The position numbers were made by a program, and so were the translations under genes. From positions 88,910,001-88,974,000 of the forward strand of contig CM059432.1 of NCBI GenBank assembly GCA_030390025.1: 64,000 nucleotides of DNA. Reading direction: 5' to 3'. How positions within the stretch are numbered: position 1 is the first letter of the stretch; every line of letters starts with the position of its first letter. The DNA is from Squalus acanthias (taxonomy: Eukaryota). Shown here one piece after another: positions 58,036 to 64,000 of this stretch. The notes under the pieces were generated by a model. The model did not search any database. It saw nothing but the letters and a program-made list of their open reading frames with translations, and had not been told where the DNA came from.

Positions 58036-59737
58036 TATCTTTTCTTTATGTTGCTACAGACTTTTTCTATAGAAATGCAGCTACAATTATATTAATAGTT
58101 TTAAATGTATATTTTAATAAGATAGAGCAGATCTCCACAGCTGTCCCAATAGACTACTGGTTAGGATATCTCGGCCGGAATTCCACTCTCAAGTTACATT
58201 CACACTTCAGCTTTCTCTAAAGGTCAGTTTTTGCAAATCTCATATGGATTGGCTGTGGGAAGTAGGAAAAATCCTTTGTATGTCCTTTCCCATACCATGC
58301 AACTTATGATCATACAGATGACATTGGTTAGCAGTAGGATTATTGGAAGTGAAGAAGATATTGGGTATGGGATGGCTAATTCATAGTTGCAAAGAAAATA
58401 GAGGCAATGGACCAGGTGCTTCATAACCCTTTACTGATATATACTTGCATGTCATTTTCACCCTGAAAGTTATCAGAGTTTATAATTTTCAGTTGAACAC
58501 TGAACAAGATAACAAATTTTATGTTCTCCTGACAGTAGGTTCAGGTAGACCAAAAAAGCTTTGCTGGTAATTTCTAGTTAATTCTAAAATGGCGAGACAG
58601 TACCAATTACACCATGTATAGCACGGTATTTTACTAAAATCTTAACATATAAATATTGTATTTCAGATTAAGGTTATGGAGTCGCTTTTCCAATTATGTA
58701 CCTGTCAATTACTGGTAAATTTCTCATCTAAATCAACCAGTCATCTCTGTTTACACAGACTGGCTTAGGAATAGGACTGTCAGTAAGTAGATTACTACAT
58801 TAAAATGTAAATGGATTTTAAGAGAAAAATGATTTGAATGAAATACAGTAATTGGAAAAAATTAAAAGTGAAGCAATGATATCCTACTTTAAAAATAATG
58901 ATTATATAGAGATTTTTCAAAAAAATCATTGTCTCTCTTTCCCAGTTTGCTGAGATATTTACTATGGAGTTAGATCAACACACAGAAAACAGGAGCCAGT
59001 AAATGTCAGAAGGAGCCTGGAACCCTGGCGGGCCCCATATACAGCAGATGCATCCTTTCCCATCAGTCTTTCTTCCTTCTCCAGTGATAGGGAACAGTGT
59101 CTGCACTGTGGGTGAGCATTCACTGAGTGTTTAACAAACTATAATACCCTGGACTCGGGCTCATTTTTGTGTGTAACTGTTTGGTGGCTGGTTTTAAAAA
59201 TATGTACTAAAAATATGATTTTTCTTTTCTTCTGCACAGTTTCATTCATGGTGCCTTTGCCGTCTAGTCAGGCTGCCTGCAGCTTCTGTATGCAGGGAAA
59301 CCTGCATCCGCTCGATCTATGCTCACTGTAAAGACTCTGTCCTCGCTAATAGTGCAGGCACTAGAGCTTTCTATGTTCCTGAGAATTCTAAATACAAGTC
59401 AAAATGTGCTGCTTCAGGCCCAAAGGAGTGGTGCTCATACAGCAGTTAATACTTTTGGTAAGGAAAAGAGCTCCACAGAGAAAACTAAGCAACTTCAGAA
59501 AACTGGCAGCTCGTCAAAGCCAAAGCCCAGTAAAGAGACTGCCATGACAGCAAATGGGTCAAGTTATAAGGAGACATTTGGCAGTACAAAACCCAAGTGG
59601 TTGATGTAAGTGCAGAGCCAAGCACCTTGCTCTCTCCCTCATGCCAGCATTATCAAGCAGCAAGACAGTTATATAGCAGCCGCATAACAGGACAAACAGT
59701 CAAGAGCTGTTAGGACTGACTCACCTGCATTCTGTTT

Positions 59738-60288
59738 ATTGGAACAGCAGTCTGCCATTCAGCCCCTCAAGCCTGTTCTGCTATTCAATTAGATCTATGC
59801 TGATCTGTTTCAGCTCCATTTACTCGACTTTGTTCCATATCCCTTGATACCCTTACCTAACAAAAATCTATCGATTTCAGTCTGGAAAGCTCCAATTGAA
59901 TCAGCATTCATAGCCTTTTGGGGAGTGAGTTCCAGATTTCCACTACCCTTTGTGTGAAAAAGTGCTTCCTGATTTCACTTTTAAATGGCCTAGCTCTAAT
60001 TTTAAGGTTGTGCCCCATTTTTCTGGACTCGCTCACCAAAGGAAATAGTTTCTCTGTACCTTCCCTACTGAATCCCTTAATCATTTTAAATACCTCAATT
60101 AGCTCACTCCTCAACCTTCTAAGCTCAAGGGAATACAAGCCAAGTTTATGCAGCCGGTCCTCATAAATTAACCCTTTAAGCCCTGGTATCATTTTGGTGA
60201 ATCTGCACTGCACCCCTTCCAAGGCCAGTTTATCGTTCCTGAGGTTCAGTGCCCAGAACTGAATGCAGTATTCCAGATGGAGTCTAAA
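59738..60288 (-). mobile_element. CR1 LINE 3' fragment
   Basis: LGLYSLELRRLR...HFFTQRVVEIWNSLP. Confidence 0.88.
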
Positions 60289-60709
60289 TCATTGACTGGA
60301 AAGGGAAGAAAACGGACAACTGTATATAGATGTATGTAATCATCTAAGGTGAGAAAGGGAAAAACTTTGATGGGGAAGAGGGAAGAGAAGAAATGTCCTA
60401 GATTTTAATTATAACTGACCTAACAAATGTACAGTGTTCCCAATTGGAAAATGTTTTTCAAGAATCTGTAGCTTAATAGGCATGAAGCAAAGATGAAGTG
60501 AAATTAATATGGGAAGATTTGATGATGAAGCTAAAGTTCAAAGAGGTTGAGGCAAGAAAATTTTCAACAAAGGAAGACTTGTGTTGGCTCCCTCATATAT
60601 CACTATCCTCAACAAAATGGAGTCTAAAATGATGACTTCAAAATAGACTCTGCCAGAATAACCATTGTGCTATTGAATTGCTTCAGAGTCAATATAACAA
60701 ATATATTAT

Positions 60710-62078
60710 GGTCTGGATTTTAACTGCTAGCAGGAAACCAAGCTGGCGAGTTAATTTCCCGCCCACGGGAGAATGAGACCCGTCTGATTTTAACAGGCAG
60801 GTCTCTTTTAATCACACCAGCCAACTTCCCACCCATTCCAGCTCGGAATTGGAGTGAAAGCAGTGGAAAATGATGGGCTGGATTTTCATTGACCCGTGGA
60901 GGTGGGTTTGGAGGCGTGTGGGGGGTTAAAATTGCAAAAACTGGTGGGTGGGCACAAGCCCGCCTCCATACAATTTTCATTAAATCGTGTCTGCTGGTCC
61001 CGACTCCGTCCCACCTCTTAGAGGCAGGATAGGCTGTTAAGGCCCTTAACAAGCACTAAATTGCCTCTATAGTGCCATTTTGAAAGGCCTTTGTGATCTT
61101 AACCCTTTTTCTACGTGAAGCATGCCTGTTTTGAACCACGAATGTGAAACCTGATGGGAGCTTGGTTGGGTGGGGTGGGGTGGGTGGGTTAGTGGATTGG
61201 TTGGTTGGTTGGCTATGGGGATGGATGGGGAGGAGACATATCTGGGAGTGGTGGTGTAAAAATATCTGGGAGCAGACTTAGGGCTGCTGCTCATTTTGCA
61301 TCCAGGTCCTCTCACAGCAAAGGCCAGGCAGTCTTTGCAGACCTTCAATGCAGCAGCAATGATGACATCATCAGAGGCAACTTTCAGACAGAAAACACTA
61401 ATTGGTTCATGGATTCCCACACGCTGGAACTCAATTGCCCAATTAGGTGAAAATTGCATCAATCTCCCACATCCAATTGCAGGCGGGTGGTTAACACGAA
61501 AAGTGGATGACACAACCCCAACCTGCCCCAGTATCAAAATCCAGCCCGATGTGTTCAGAGATCACCCGCCAACAGTGATCGGGGGTGAGGCGCCGGGTTT
61601 GCGACAGGGAACACCTAAGCTTTCCTTGTGGGGCCCAGAGGAGCACACTTGCTCTTCCTGGCCCCACGAGGAAAGTAAAGAATAAAAACATTTTAAACTT
61701 ACCTATTTGGGCCTTTTCTGGCCCCAGATCATCTTCACTGCTTGGCTGGCCTGGCGAAAAACTTATTGCCACTTCCCGTTCAGGCCGCCTAGTAAAAATT
61801 GCAATCCAGTCCCAATAACGTCATCGGGACCTGACATGCATATGTTAAAAAGGACCCTGCTGGTTTTGGGCAGGTGTCCTTGCTGCATGCTCAGGAGATC
61901 AAATAAAAATCGGAACCTGTCAGCTCCTGATGGCTCCAGGGCAGGTAAGTAAGTTGGATGATTTTAACTGTCAACCCACTCAGTTTCCACCAAGCGGGAA
62001 GAAGAACAGCAACTTGCATTTAAATAGCACCTTTAATGTAGTGAAACGTCCCTCGGCACTTAAGGGTTAAAAACATCC
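60710..62078. mobile_element. Harbinger-type MITE hosting family C copy 2 and a SINE tail (about 62003-62060)
   Basis: Starts GGTCTGGATTTTAAC; degenerate GTTAAAAACATCC end. Confidence 0.5.
60875..61547 (+). mobile_element. Harbinger MITE family C, copy 2
   Basis: Perfect 12-bp TIR GGGCTGGATTTT; TSD GAT. Confidence 0.9.
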
Positions 62079-62577
62079 TCATAGTCTCATTCTAAGTAAT
62101 GAACCTAACCTTAGTTTACTGAACACTTAAGACCAGTCAAAAGTGAAAGTGTCCACTTATCATTGTGCTTGAAACACAATAAAACAAAAATCTCAAGTGG
62201 TCACTCTCAAAAATGCTCCAGTCCACTAACAAAATTGGAAACCTCCAGTGGGTTTAATTTCCTCTGTGTACTCATTAACATTTTCATGTAAATTCCTGTC
62301 TGCATTATTTTAACTCATTCATTTACCTGTTTGGTTTTTAGATACATATTCAGAAGGATACGCATAATATGAGGACCTAGTACTGCTGGTCTGTTGGAAC
62401 ATCGGAAACATCCTTAATCCTATTAAGAGGTATAAATGCTCTGTTCCATCAATAACAATTAAACTGTAGAGTGAAGTTTATAAAGAAGTATCTGAGCTTC
62501 ACAGAAAATGACCAGTACGCATATATCTTCCTCCTTCAATGGCAGGAGTGAAGAATTTCCATTTTTATCGTGATATT

Positions 62578-63187
62578 GGGGCAAAATTCGGCTGCTTTGC
62601 ACCTCCCGTTAGCGCCTTAAGGGCAGGGCGCCGCTAATGCCTCCCATGAAATTCAGCGGGAGGTTAGCGGTGGCGGTAGCCTGTAGCGCCCCGTGGCGCT
62701 GTGCCTCCGGCGATGACGTCATCACCGTCCGCAGCGCCCCGCTCGCAAACTTAGGTTACCCCCTGACGTACCGCCAGATGTTATGTCCGACAGGGTCAGG
62801 GGAGGTGCCGGGCAGCCATTTTTTTTGCTGGCCGCCTGCCAGCACCTGCCCCCTCTACCGTCAGCGATCGAGCACCCCAATCCCTGGTGGCTCAGCTGGG
62901 CCCCGGGTCACGCTGTGGAAGGCCCCTACCCTTTATTAAGGGGAGGAAAGCCTGCAGTACTGCGGGGCGATGTGCCGGTGCGCATGGCGCTGTGGCACGT
63001 AGCGCCGGGATATTGGGCTGGAGCACCCCAAGAGGGAGGGGGAGCACTTCCAGCAGCGCCCCGCCTCCTGCTTGGAGTGCTACCATTGAATTTCGGGTGT
63101 GGGGGGCGCTAACTTTTTCGGGGCGCTAAAAGTAGTGCCCCGGCGAAGTTAGCGCCCCAAAGGGGGCGCGACTCAATTTATGCCCCC
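62578..63187 (-). mobile_element. MITE with Harbinger family A-like ends
   Basis: Left end matches the 7499 end (CCTCCCGTTAGCGCCTTAA); right end matches the 2951 end (GTCGCGCCCC.TTTGGGGCGC). Confidence 0.8.
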
Positions 63188-64000
63188 AACTGTTTAAATT
63201 GGAGTAGCTAATAATTAAACCGGAGTGTAAATTCATAGATTAATTTGTATTAACCCATGTAATGTTGATAAATGTATGTTTCCTAAACATAGATGGTACT
63301 CCTCTTTTAACCCAACTAATGGCCTCCTTATTGAGTTAAAAGAATACCATCAATGTTTAGGATACATACATTTATCAACATTTCGTGGGTTAATACAAAT
63401 TAACCTTAAAGTCTTCCTGATAGTAGGAGGAGGCTTTAACTCTTGATCTGGATAAGTTAGTATTGATATATTAACGTGGAGGAAGAAGAATATGGGAAAA
63501 TGGTATTCTACAGCATGATGGAGTTGTTTTAAATCCAACTTTATACTTTCTGATGGGTTTCATCTATAAAATGGCATAAAAAGGACAAAACCAGTCGGGG
63601 TGGAGAACCATCACTACAGTTCTCTTCCTATTTATTGCCCCATGAATATCTCAACTGGCATTTTCTTCTGACATCTGAGTGAAATCGACCCCCAGTTTGT
63701 CAGTTTTGATATTTAAATGAGCTCCATAAGGCATATTAACACTTCCCACACAATATCCAGTGTGTCTCCTGGGTTATCACTGCTTCATTTACCCACCTAT
63801 ATAAAATGGGCATCTACGGTTGCTGGGACTTGATCTGGTTGAGGGCTGAGATTTTTAAAGAGCCCTGCCTGAAGGATGCAAGAACAATTTACAGTCCACC
63901 TTTTATTATCCTTCTCCTTGTTTTCCCTTAGCCATTGAGATGCCTTTTTAGCAACTGTTGAACTGTTATTAATTCAATTGTATCCACAATTAATTAATAA

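Overview
Eukaryotic, gene-poor DNA made almost entirely of nested transposable elements. The repertoire (CR1, L2, tRNA-SINEs, Neptune-type Penelope elements, many Harbinger MITEs) suggests a cartilaginous fish or similar vertebrate; this is inference. No host protein-coding gene could be recognised. Main contents: (1) an apparently intact two-gene PIF/Harbinger transposon (2951-7499) at the centre of a four-level nest; (2) a young full-length CsRn1-type Gypsy LTR element (8436-12778); (3) two Penelope-like elements with inverted pseudo-LTRs, target-site duplications (TSDs) and hammerhead ribozymes; (4) a full-length Buster-type hAT (48913-51599); (5) at least three copies of a single-ORF APE-RT LINE. 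The longest LINE copy starts with a tRNA-like head carrying A and B boxes and has no TTTT on its sense strand over about 3.1 kb. This makes it a candidate Pol III-transcribed protein-coding retrotransposon and the most unusual signal in the window. All coordinates and counts were read by eye; no database searches were run.
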